Below, in pieces: positions 41,555 to 60,087 of a stretch of DNA of 64,000 nt. Position numbers and translations under genes: made by a program. The stretch is from contig NC_043021.1 in assembly GCF_006345805.1 (NCBI RefSeq), positions 23,808,001 through 23,872,000 on the forward strand, written 5' to 3'. Source of the stretch: Octopus sinensis (taxonomy: Eukaryota). Positions within the stretch are counted from its first letter, which is position 1. Each line of letters begins with the position of its first letter. The notes under the pieces are model-generated. The model saw only the letters and a program-made list of their open reading frames with translations, was not told where the DNA came from and ran no database searches.

Positions 41555-42769
41555 GAATCTGATGATAGTAAGAACAATTCTAACAACCCCAACTCTAATT
41601 CTAAGAAATCTAACAAGAAAGACATAATATGGCTAAACATCCCTTTTAACTGTGCGGTTTTATCAGATATTCAGAGTAGATTCAAAACAATTCTGGAAAA
41701 GAGTTTCCCATCCTCTCATAGATATCATAAAAGTATTTCTAAAAAAACAGTCAGAATTTCTTATTCAACCCTCCCAAATATGTCTACTTTAATAGCCAAG
41801 ATCAATAATAATAACATAAAACTAGCCAGGAAAAATTTAAACAATAGCAATAAAAATACAAATGATAATTGTAATAACATTACTGAAAGTAATAATAGCA
41901 ACAATGGTAATAATGAATGTCATTTAATAAGTATAACCAATAGCTATAGAATTGCTAATAATAATAATAACACAAATAGGAATAATTATGTAAATAATAC
42001 GAATAATACCAGGAATGTAAGTACAGTGAATGAGGAGAGCAATGTTATCTGCAATAACACTACACATTTAGAAACCAATACCGACAACAATACTAACAGC
42101 ATCAACAATATTAATAATGAAAGTAGGGTTATAGAACCAAATGATAGTGTAGGAATACCGATAAAGGATAATACTACTTTAGATAATAATATTAACTACA
42201 ATAATGATAACATTATTTTAGATAGCAGCAATAGCCAAAATCATGAAAAATATACCCGCACTGTTTCGAGCAACAGTAGTATGAGACTTCTATCCTCAAA
42301 GTATTCTACTTCAAATTATAATTCCCCTAGATGTAACTTCAGAATTAAATCAAAATGCCCGGCGTCTGGTTTATGCGGGTTAAATAACATAATCTACAAA
42401 TGCTCCATAACCACAGATAATAATAAATTCACTTATGTAGGATGTACCATAAATTTTAAGAAAAAAATTACTAATTATCTTTCCTCCTTCAGATTACGTC
42501 ATAAAGCTGATAGCACCACTCTTTTTAGTAAAATTTGGGAACTAAAAAACAATAATATCAAATATAACCTTAATTGGGAATTAGTTAGAAGAGCGATACC
42601 CTATAATAATAGCAGAGTGGGTTGTCAACTTTGCTCCATGGAAACATTTGAAATACTAATGTATAGAAAAAATAATGAAATTTTATTGAACAGCAGGATT
42701 GAACTGGGAATTTCTTGTATCCACGCTCGAACTAGGACTCTTAAATATTTTAAACGATGTTTTAATTGA
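41555..42769 (+). pseudogene. Penelope-like linker and GIY-YIG endonuclease, with an Asn-rich insertion
   Basis: KKDIIWLNIPFN...KSFP...VRISYSTLPNM; CNFRIKSKCPASGLC; IIYKC...TYVGCT; CQLCSMETFEIL...LLNSRIE. The expected catalytic Arg reads K (FKKKITNY). Confidence 0.85.
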
Positions 42770-43871
42770 TAACAGTATATATTAAAATCACTTTGTATAA
42801 AATCACTTTGAATTAAACTTTACTCCTACATATTATATTATATATTTAATTAGACAGCTACGATCTAATTAGCTATGATTATATTCTCTCTCTAACTGTA
42901 CTAGGTGATACTTATTGATTTAAGTTATTTGATTTGATTCTTCATTCTATTAGACTATCTAGATAATTTAAATTTTTTCTCTCTATTTCTTAATCTATTT
43001 CAATTTAACCTACTTATAGGAAATTAGTTAGTTAAACTTCTTAGTTTCTTTTACACTAATAACTAATTCTGCTAATCCGAAACCTATAATATAATATAAT
43101 ATAATATAATATAATATAATATAATATAATTGTATGGTTTCATTAGAGAATAACTCCAATTTCTTTTATTTTATTTTATTCTCTTTTATTTTATTTTATT
43201 TTCTTCTGACCTCTCATTGTATCCCATAACCTGACAATCTATTAATAGTAACATTAATAAATAAAGAAATAGATTAAATGACCTCAGTTCGAATTTTGCA
43301 CCAAATAAGCTTAGATGTTTTCTTATAGTAACAACTTGTGACCCTCCCTTTTAGCTCCCCGTTCCCTCTTTATATAGCAATTAATAGCAGTAACTGGTCA
43401 AATTCAACTTTCTTCCTTAGCTCTGTGATTCTTGTAAATTTCAATAACAGCCTGTTCCTCTACACTAAATAGGCTGTCGCTACGCTTCTTACTCGTATTA
43501 TAATACAGCAGTTCTCAGAAATTTCGCACGATTGTATCCAAAAAATCTCTTCACATAGCTTGATTAACAATTTACTATGAACTATATATGGGCAAGCACA
43601 TATTCTGTAAGTTCAATACCTCTCATCGGATCTCCAGGAATCAACCTTTCTTCAATACAGTTAAACTCACACCCTCATTTGTATCTTCACTCTCTGGAAA
43701 ACTAGGATGTTTTGAAAAAACTTTTTAATAACCTGATATATGACTGTGTAATACTAATTGATCTCTTAGAAACCAATATGTTATCTAACTTCTCATTTTT
43801 ATAGAATTTTCCATGATGTTTCATAAGTGTAACATTACCCCCTTTGATGTTTGGGAATCTCTGATGTTTTT

Positions 43872-43956
43872 TCGGCTGATGAGTACGAGCCACCTATATT
43901 TACTGCAATTTTTGTAGCTTTATTAAAGATGTCCTCGTACGAAACAATTGTACCGA
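43872..43956 (+). ncRNA. Type-I hammerhead ribozyme at the Penelope-like 3' end
   Basis: Stem I TCGG/CCGA; CTGATGA 43876-43882; stem II GTACGAG/CTCGTAC with a 44 nt loop; GAAAC-AATT-GTA; predicted cleavage after A43952. Confidence 0.9.
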
Positions 43957-43984
43957 TATATTGATCCATTCTTGTTGCTTTTTT

Positions 43985-44042
<58 letters not shown>

Positions 44043-44189
44043 ATATATATATATATACATATATATATATACATATATATATACATGTATATATGTATAT
44101 TATATATATATATATATCATATATATATATAATACATATATATATATATATATATACATACATATTATATATATACTATTATAATATAT

Positions 44190-44222
<33 letters not shown>

Positions 44223-44689
44223 TTACAGGCGGCGAGCTGGCAGAAGCGTTAGCGCGCTGGGCGAAATGCTTAACGGTATTTCGTCTGTCGTTACATTCTG
44301 AGTTCAAATTCCGCCGAGGTCGACTTTGCCTTTCATCCTTTCGAGGTTGATAAATTAAGTACCAGTTACGAACTGGGGTTGATGTAATCAACTTAATCCC
44401 TTTTTCTGACCTTATTTGTCCCCTCTATGTTTAGCCCCTTGTGGGCAGTAAAGAAATATATAGATATAGAGAGAGAGAGAAAGAGAGAGAGAGAGAGCAA
44501 TAAGAAAATGGAGGGGTTCAATAGGTAGTTCATCAACTTTTAGACATTATATCAATTTATTTATTTATTTACTAAAATGACAATTACAAGAATATACATA
44601 CATGTATAACTTATTATGCTTTACATATAAAATATATAAAGATACCAGTAATTATTAAAATATTTAACATACATGAATAGAAATTGGGA

Positions 44690-44816
44690 AAATATCTTAC
44701 AGCTGTTTCAGCCAAGAGGCAAAAATACCTCATTCTACCTTTATCCATTAGACTGAAGTAATTAGTAGATGAAATTGAGGTAATTGGGTGTTTCTCTAGG
44801 CTTCGTCAGAGATTTT
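44690..44816 (-). ncRNA. Type-I hammerhead motif with a long stem II insertion
   Basis: ATCT-CTGACGA-AGCCTAGAG...CTCTTGGCT-GAAAC-AGCT-GTA-AGAT. Confidence 0.8.
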
Positions 44817-45796
44817 AGGAAGTACATAAGGTTAAGTTACAAATATAAATAAACACACATTTATATACTTATACATATACATATACATACATATACATGA
44901 ATATACATAAATACATATAACTACGCTTAAAGGTACATACATATTTACATGTATAATCATACACAAGAATCAATTATTACTATTATTATTAGATGCTTTA
45001 TATTATTCATATTAGATAAAATTTAAACAGAGGTATGAGAAATTTATAAGAGGAGTAATATTGTAATATATATAATCAATATACCTTAAAGTTATTTCAG
45101 TTATGCAAGAACGAAACTGCATACACATGGGGAACATACATAAATATACACACATACACACACACACACACACAAATATACATATATATTTCCGCTCAAA
45201 CATACTCATAGGTACATACGTATTATATATGTTTAGAAGGGAAGATAAGTGCAGTAGTTTGTATCATTATAATTATATAATATACTTGTAACAATATTAC
45301 ACAAACTTATATATATATATATTCATATAACATGAACAAGTTAATCAGCAATTCTTCAAGATGTACCTAGACATATACTCTTTACTCTTTTACTTGTTTC
45401 AGTCATTTGACTGCGGCCATGCTGGAGCACCGCCTTTAGTCGAGCAAATCGACCCCAGGGCTTATTCATTGTAAGCCTAGTACTTATTCTATCGGGCTCC
45501 TTTTACCGAACCGCTAAGTTACGGGGACGTAAACACATCAGCATCGGTTGTCAAGCGATGTTGGGGGGACAGACAGAGACACGCAAACATATACACACAC
45601 ATACATATATATATACATATATATACGACGGTCTTCTTTCAGTTTCGTCTACCAAATCCACTCACAAGGCTTTGGTCGGCCCGAGGCTATAGTAGAAGGC
45701 ACTTGCCCAAGGTGCCACGCAGTGGGACTGAACTCGGAACCATGTGGCTCGTAAGCAAGCATCTTACCACACAGCCACTCCTACGCCTATTTACGC

Positions 45797-46130
45797 CTAT
45801 TTACATCCGCTGAAAATTTCAGACCCAGAGTTGTGCAGTAAACTAGGGATCTTAGATCTGAAAGGGGTCTGAGATATTTCAGCTAAACATAGCTTACATT
45901 TATTTTGTGCGCATTTTTCAATTATTTTCCGCTTAATCAAGTGTGGTGTTGCGTTAGATTTCAAAATCTCGTTTATCGTGTTCCGTTTTTTATCCTTCCG
46001 CATTTTCTGTATGCCTCTTTCTCAACTTTTTGCGTTTCTTTTGTCATTCAATTTTTAGTTCGTTATGATATGTGGTTGTGCTTGATGAATGTGTTTAAGG
46101 TATTTCTCAACATATGAAACTATTAATAGC
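45797..46130 (-). pseudogene. Penelope-like GIY-YIG C-terminal fragment
   Basis: KRKIIEKCAQNKCKLCLAEI...LLHNSGSEIFSGCK matches the CxLCLxE...LNxRSE..SxC pattern also seen near 42620-42720; upstream boundary approximate. Confidence 0.65.
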
Positions 46131-46227
46131 ACATATAGACATGTATTCTGTCTATTAAATAATATTTATCTCTCACCAGATTGAGTGCATTTTTTGTTGA
46201 TTTTACCATCGCGGAACAATACATTAA

Positions 46228-46260
<33 letters not shown>

Positions 46261-46294
46261 ATATATAATATATATATATATGTATGTATGTATG

Positions 46295-46359
<65 letters not shown>

Positions 46360-46501
46360 ACAATTGCAGCGTGGAAGGTGTTTATAAGCCATTTAAAAAA
46401 ACACACAAAAGCCGTTAGATTGACTTCAGCATTTAATTATAATTTGTTAAAATATTTTCGTCGCTTTGAGACCGCGACCTGTTCACTGACAAAATTCTAT
46501 G

Positions 46502-46554
<53 letters not shown>

Positions 46555-46758
46555 ATACATAATAAGAAAATGGGGAAATACACCTTAATCAACAATGATC
46601 TACCAGATAATACCCATTCACATAATTTATTAACCAACTACATATGAACATCGAGGTCAAACATAATAGTACAGAACAAAACAGTGCACATCAATGAATA
46701 ATATGATACAATAAGTACAATATGTATAAATAAATATAAATAAATATAAATCTAAAGT

Positions 46759-46890
46759 ATATCTTACAGCTGTTTCAGCCATGTAGATATGAGTATCTCA
46801 TTATGCTCATAATAGCCAGGTGTGATAAGTTAATGTGTGGTTATAAAGGAGACACTTACAAATATATCCCAAGGCCTCTTCAGAGATTAT
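46759..46890 (-). ncRNA. Type-I hammerhead motif with a long stem II insertion
   Basis: ATCT-CTGAAGA-GGCC...GGCT-GAAAC-AGCT-GTA-AGAT; same family as 44690-44816. Confidence 0.75.
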
Positions 46891-47347
46891 AATGTACAAT
46901 CTAAATATCTCCTATCTCAATTTGTAATATATATATATATACATATATTTATGCATATATATGCATATATATTTACGTGTGTATGTATGTTTGTGGGGCA
47001 ACATGCAGCCGTTGATGTGTACGAACGAGTACCATGGGCAGGTGTAGGGGACACTACGGCAACCAGTATAAACGCACCTTCGTGTGTCTATCTGTCTGTC
47101 TGTGAGAAAGTAGAGTATCTGTGTTTGTTGCCATAATACTTGACATTTAACTGACTATAGAATAACTAACACTGATTTTTTAATGGAATTTAGTCTATTA
47201 CCGTCTTCTCACCTGTTAATATCAATGTCAATGTTAATATTTATGCTATTATTTATGTTATTAAGAGTAATTTACCAAAATGCGTGGGGTTTATAATGAT
47301 TAATGTACCATAATATTTTCCCGTATTATTTTAATGCAATATGTATA

Positions 47348-47349
<2 letters not shown>

Positions 47350-47435
<86 letters not shown>

Positions 47436-47437
47436 CT
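47350..47437 (+). repeat. (TATC)n microsatellite; further tracts at about 14610-14785, 16524-16897, 17911-18196, 53730-54045 and 59936-60087
   Basis: Direct inspection; every major tract abuts a Tx1 copy. Confidence 0.95.
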
Positions 47438-47646
47438 CTGTTTATTGACGGACGTGATGTCAGTTCAGCTCCGAAGGTAATCATTTATTTTGACTATTTA
47501 TAGGCTAATTTTTGTGGACATTTTTGTAAATAAGTTGTGTAAGGCACCCAACTTTCGTTTGAGTGCTTTTCCAAGGAAGGAATTCGCCCCTAGGGGCAGT
47601 TTGAACCCCATTTCATTTGTGTAATTTCCTTTTCGACATTTTGAAA

Positions 47647-48132
47647 ATGTCAAGAAATTATATTTTAGAACGTTGGTCGCGTTCCTCTATCGACCAGCTT
47701 TCTCCTAGTCTGGAAACGCTAGGAGAAAAAAAGAATTTCTCCTCGCAAGGTGAAATCATCAATGAATTTGCAAAGAACGCTGCAACCACTTGTAGTAACA
47801 ACCCTGTCACCACTACCACCACTAACAAGAACAACAAAGCGAATACTACTGTTACCACCACCGCTTTCACCACCACCACCACCACCATCAGCATCGACAA
47901 CAGCAACAAATACAAAACAAAGGTCGCAAGGCCAAGCCCCGTCAACACCACCAGTGAGTCCACCACCAACACCGACAACAACACCATGGCAGCATCTGCT
48001 ACTAAAACTGCTATCCCTGCTAAAGACATCGCCACCAATAACAATACCAACATCACCATCACCGACACCAAAGACCGTGCCGTCAATGCTACTAATACCA
48101 CTAATACCACCGCCGTCACCAAGAACGACAAT

Positions 48133-48164
<32 letters not shown>

Positions 48165-49881
48165 TTCCCTTCAACCACTGCTCACTCCATCACCAACAAG
48201 TGAAAAAATAACAACGACAACCAAACGAAATGCCGAAATTTGCGCTAATGCAGGACTAAATTACGCAGACAATTTTCCACCCCTTGCTAGTTGCATAATC
48301 AGCAACCACAAACCTACAACCCACACCCCTGCCATCAACACCAACACCACCGGCAGTAACAACAATAACAAACAACAACAAACTTCGCCGAGGCGATAAA
48401 AGAAAAAATAACAAAAGTTTCGTTTACTACACAACAAATAAAAGATTGCAGAAACCTTATTACAAATGAAAACGGCAAAATACTCTTACACATACCTCAA
48501 GACATACTGAATGAGGAGAAAAAAAGACAATTGTATATAAAATCACAAATAAAAAAACTAAAAGTCCAGAAAAGGCAAGCACAGACAAAGTAGAAAAGTG
48601 CTTACGCCCCATCTGGGGATACAAGGATTATGTGACTTGGGCGAACAAGTTCGCCCACGTACAGGTGGTTTTTCAGAATGAAGAGTTGGCGAAGAAATTC
48701 TCAACGATAACCCTTCATTCTGATGAACTAACGATGACATCGAGTTACTTTGGCCAGAAGGTGACGAAGGTCATTATCAGTGGTGTACCCCAAGTAACTA
48801 CAACACTGTGGATAACATCCGCCTTAACATCCGAAATGGAGGACTTAAACATCCTAGATATCGGTGTTTCGAAAAACAAGGACTGGCTGGGAAAGAGAAT
48901 GGAGTTCCTCTTCCACATAAGTCAAGAGGACATCAATAAAATTCCCACCCACGTACATCTTGAGGATGGCCGCAAGTTATACGTAGTAGTCGAGGGCAGA
49001 AGACCACGATGCTATACATGTGGCAGTGAGGCACACCTCAAAAAGGAGTGCAAATCTGCCGCTAAATTACAACAAAAGCAACAGCCACAGGAAAAATCAC
49101 AAAAGATAGCATTATTGCCCACACCACAATATGGACAGCTAGTCAAGAAGCTGTATACACAAATGCATGAAAAACAACAAAGAACAAGCCAACCCAACCA
49201 AACAACACCAACACCAGGGCCAAGAACAGAATCATCACCACCAACAACAAATAAACCAATTCCAACACCAAGAATAACAACGAAGAAGACAAGCACCAAG
49301 GATGTAGGAGAGACAATAATCACAACAAACCCCCAGCAACACCCTCCCCGCGCAACACAACAATATCTACAACCGCACAAACTGACCCAGACGCTTTACC
49401 CTTACCCCCTGCTGATTCGTCAGACTTTTCATCTAACGATGAAAGTTCGACAGAATGGCAAATAGCCACAGGGGGTAAAAGAAAAAGATCAAGAAAAACC
49501 AAACAAGAAATCGCAACCAAAGCAGGGAGATACCTGAACCCTGAAAACTCCATACACAACCAAACAAGCACCAACACCACAAAAACAACACACACAATGC
49601 TATCAGCGATAGACACCAAAGACTCCAAACTAATGGAGTACATCACAGGATACACAAACATTTGTGAAGATGACTTTAAAAATAGCAATCATCCACGCAC
49701 TACACCACCCAAACACATCAAAATACTACACATCACACAAACACAACACCACAAACTCAAAGCCCTCTTCCCAAATGCTGTAGGGGGTTTCCAGAAATAT
49801 CTGTCCCAAAAACTATATAAAAACCTCCTCGAAGACACATCAAGGAACGAGGAAGCAAAAACTTTCGACACAAGTAAGTAA
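47647..49881 (+). pseudogene. Tx1 ORF1 (Thr/Asn-rich N-terminus, RRM-like region, CCHC knuckle), frameshifted
   Basis: MSRNYILERWS...; VQVVFQNEELAKKF; EGRRPRCYTCGSEAHLKKEC; C-terminal LSAIDT...KLYKNLLE. Confidence 0.85.
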
Positions 49882-49931
49882 CTCTCTGTACTTTTATTTT
49901 TGTGTTTTAAAGCACACACTCCAATAGAATC

Positions 49932-52900
49932 ATGGTCAAGATTGGTTGTGTGAATGCGCGTGGCTTGGGGTCTCCTTGGAAACAAGGATACCTCCTAAAT
50001 GACATCAAGTCACATGATTTGGGAATCATAGCCATAAGTGAGACCAGACTCCACGAGCCACGGGCCCTAAAATCCATGTTTGGCGGACAGTTTAACATTT
50101 ATTTCGCTCCCTGTCTGCCGAGGATGGGCGGTAGTGGGACCGCGGTACTTTTTCACAAGAGCCTGGATCTCGAAGTCAAGACGATATTCGTAGACCCGGA
50201 GGGTAGACTGATCGTTCTGGATGTCGACGGCAGCAATGGGTGCGCTTTTCGACTCGTATCAGTCTACGCACCGCCTTTAACAGGTCGGCCGGATTTCTTT
50301 CGACGTCTAGAAGTATTCCTGGGAACGTCTCGTCCTTTACTTTTAGTTGGGGATTGGAATGCTGCCTTGGACACACATCTAGACTACGTGGGGAGAGACA
50401 AAAACAGAAGGGGATGCAAATGCCTCAGAGATCTGCTCAGACGATTCCAACTGTCTGACAGGTACCGACTCGACCACACAAATGCACCAACGTGGACATG
50501 GAGCAACCGCAATGGGTCGTCGAGATCGTATCTAGATAGGATACTGTGTAGGACAGTAGACAAGGATAACTTAGGATGTCCACAATTCCACACAGTCAGC
50601 TACACGGATCACAAATTGGTGACGTGTACGCTAGACTTAGATAAGGCACATAGACAGGGTCCTGGGTACTGGAAACTGAACGCATCATTCCCGTCCAGAC
50701 AAGTTTTCAGAGACCGGATTAGCACACTAGTAAAGAGGGCTTTGACGGGAGCCATCATCAACAACAAATGGTGGTTTGCCCTCAAGAGAGCAGTAAAAGC
50801 AGAAGCGATTAGGTACAGCAAAGCACTAGCCATAGATAGAAATAGAGTAGAGGGTGAGCTAGTTAAGAAGCTAGAAGAGGCAATTAGAAGCGGCATCGCA
50901 TCCGACGTTTTGGCGGCGAGGTTGGCCCTCGACCAACACTTCAACGCCAAACACGAAGGATGTGCTGTCAGAGCTAGGATGCATGTTCTAAGGAACGAAG
51001 GTGTTGGAGCCCGGGTGGCAGAGGCGCAACAGGGCAACAAAGCCACCATTCGATCACTGGTAGATGAACAGGGGCGCGAATTGCTCGAGCCAAGTAAAAT
51101 GTGTGAGGCCTTTCAGCAGCATTTTGCCCGACTGTTCGGGACGAGTGGAGGGCAAGAACGTAGGATGGACTTCAGTGCCTACCTACATAGCCTGCCACGC
51201 CTCTCGACAAGAAAGGCAGGGTGCTGCGAAGGTGCCATCACGGCGGCGGAAGTGCGGGAAGCGATGGCAGAATGCTCGAGGGACAAATCACCGGGTTTGG
51301 ATGGTCTACCCTACGCGTTTTACAATTGTATGCCAGACTTGTTTGGAGACGTCTTGGCAGCGGTATACTGCAACTGGCAGCAAAACGGGAGCATTCCCGG
51401 TTTTGTGAGTCGAGGAGCTGTAACTCTGCTGAAGAAAGATCCAAACAAGGGAAACATTATAGATAACTTTAGGCCAATCACTCTGCTCAATGCAGACCTG
51501 AAAATTTTGACAAAGGTGTTAGCCAAGAGGTTGGCGCTTGTCATCGAGAAACTGGTCGACAACGCACACACGTGCGCCGTGCCGGGCCGGAGCATCCATG
51601 ACAACCTCCATCTGATGCGCTACATCATAGACAGGGTAGTTAACGAACCTGGCATGGGTGGGGCCCTGATCAACTTCGATCAATCGAAAGCCTTTGATAG
51701 GGTAGACCATCGATACTTGGAGGCAGTCCTGAGGGCGGCTGGTTTCGGTCCCGTCTTCCGCGGCTGGATAGCTGCCTTGTACAGAGGCATCCGTTCGGTA
51801 ATTCGCGTAAATGGACATCTATCGAGACCCTTCGACATTGCACGTTCGGTCCGTCAGGGATGCCCCCTCTCGGCGCTTCTATACGTATTGACTCTCGAGC
51901 CACTACTGCGGAAGCTGGCGACTCTGAGGGGCATCCCGCGAGAATTAGGATGCGGGACGAGCGTGTCTGCATACGCGGACGACGTCACCGTCATAGTGTC
52001 AAGCCACACGCACATCGAGCGGGTCGGCGAGACACTAAAAGACTACGAAGCGGTGACAGGAGCAAAAATCAACCGGGAAAAGTCAGTGGGCTTGCGGCTC
52101 GGCACCTGGAGAAGCAAGCCCATGCCGTCCACCAGTACCTCCGTCGTGGGACGCTGGACAGACGGCCCGGTTAGGTTGCTCGGGGTCTGGTTCGGTCCGG
52201 ACCTCCAAATGGAGAAGAACTGGAACGAGATAACGAATAGGGTGGTCACTCTCGCCCAGCAATGAGCCGAGAGGACGCTGTCCCTAAAAGGTCGGGCGGG
52301 GGTGGCGAACGCGTACTTCGCGTACGTCATCTACTACCGCCTGACCGTCGTACCTTGTCCCGACCCTACCATAACCAAACTAGAACGCATTCTCCTCCGC
52401 TTCTTGTGGAAAGGATGCGTCCCGATGGTCAGGCGATCCATTTGCTGTCAACACCCGTTAAAAGGAGGGCTGGGCATGCCGTGGTTGATGATGCGCAGAC
52501 ACGCGCTGAGACTGCGAAATCTCTGGCTCTATGTAGACGACGGTGAACAGGTGTGGTCGCCGTTTGTGAGGCACGCTTTCCCGCAACTCGTCTCCATGAC
52601 CGAACTGCAGTCGTGGATCAAAAAGAGGCCGAGGAAGGGCGAATGGCACCGCGAGTGTCGCGTTGCTCTCAAGCAACTCTGCCGTCCTGGGTCGACCTTG
52701 AGTGACTTCAACACAACCAAAGCATTCTATAGGGGATTAGTGGAGGGGAGGTACGACGACGATCTCGGGGCAAACCTGGGCGTCGACGAGGAATACCTGA
52801 CCCGCCTGTTTCAAACGACTTTCGGCCCGGGACCTATGGATAATTTCCGGAGATCCCTGGCCTGGCGGTGCTACCGAGAAGCGCTACCCGTTCGGGATAA

Positions 52901-53357
52901 GCTCTATAGGCATGGCTCGAGAAACACGGGGCCGACCTGCCCGAGATGCGGGCAGAGCGACGAAACCGCTCTGCACGCAATCGTGCAGTGTCCAGCAATT
53001 TCCGACTTGTGGACATATGTCGAACGACTGCTGTCACGTATGGGACGTGTCGGTTTATCAGCCGAGTCTATCGTTAATATCGTCACGCCTCCTTCCTTCA
53101 AACGGGAAGGAAGAGCTATTTTTATCATACTTGTGGCTGTAGCGAAAGAATGTATCTGGTGGACGCGCCTGAAAGGATTAGAGACAAACACTTTTCTCTC
53201 TGGTCAATCTCTCATCAACTTCTTCAAGTATCACTTGAAGAGGAAAGTGAGAGTAGAGAGGCAAGTTTTGTCTAGTGAATGTTTTAAAAAAAGATGGGTG
53301 AATGTAGCAAGGATGGCACGTATGAATGACGAAGCCACCTTGACTATCATTCTATGA
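49932..53357 (+). pseudogene. Tx1 ORF2 (APE endonuclease, RT, zinc finger), one in-frame nonsense codon
   Basis: NARGL, SETRL, VGDWN, YLDRI, YTDH; DQSKAFDRV, QGCPLS, YADD; CPRCGQSDETALHAIVQC. TGA at 52263-52265 where copies A and D have TGG; same frame on both sides. Confidence 0.95.
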
Positions 53358-53903
53358 ACCGTAAAAATTAATACTGAGAGTTGCTTCTTTGCAAAAAAAA
53401 AAAAAGAAATATAACATGTGACTTCATTGACCGAGGTTACCGTGGTCTTTTCCGTAGGCTTTTCTTTCCACGGGTAAACCTCACCTGTCCTCCCCTTTAC
53501 ACTTCATATTGACATTTCTGTGATAACGATCCCTATTGATCATTTTTTTCCTCTCCCCTTTTAAAAAATTTTTTTACCCCCCCCCCCTTTTTTTGTCCTC
53601 TTTCTCTCTTTTTACGATCCCTTTTGATCGAAACTCCCCTCTCCTTTTTTTTTTTAACCTTCAAAAGAAAAGCTCTACCTTGTAATTTGTTCTATCTGTG
53701 TGCAGCCCTGTGTGGCTAATAAAGAAACATGTCTATCTATCTATCTATCTATCTATCTATCCATCTATCTATCTATCTACTATCTATCTATCTATTTGTC
53801 TATCCATCTATTGTCTCTCTATCTATCTATCTATCTGTCTATCTATCTATCTATCTCTCTATCATCTATCTATCTATCTATCTATCTATATCTTCTGTCT
53901 GTC

Positions 53904-54042
<139 letters not shown>

Positions 54043-54045
54043 CTC

Positions 54046-60071
<6,026 letters not shown>

Positions 60072-60087
60072 TATCTATCTACTATCT

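Larger units (their letters stand above)
41340..43990 (+). mobile_element. 5'-truncated Penelope-like element (Neptune/Nematis-type linker)
   Basis: Linker, Cys-rich region and GIY-YIG domain, then a 1.1 kb non-coding tail ending in a hammerhead and (TA)n; RT missing. Confidence 0.85.
47438..53729 (+). mobile_element. Tx1-clade non-LTR retrotransposon copy C, full length
   Basis: 5' UTR, ORF1, ORF2, 3' UTR with AATAAA at 53718-53723; (TATC)n on both sides. Confidence 0.95.

Noticed and set aside
47210-47340. Candidate STC first exon at the donor near 47212
   Set aside because: The required phase-1 frame has a stop nine codons upstream and no ATG or signal peptide
47500-47620. HDV-like ribozyme at the Tx1 5' end
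   Set aside because: Could not place separate P1 and P2 helices; the pairing reads as simple hairpins
49874-49927. Mini-intron fusing ORF1 to ORF2 (GTAAGT at the ORF1 stop)
   Set aside because: The intron would be only 35-55 nt, the best donor gives the wrong frame and the acceptor is not conserved across copies
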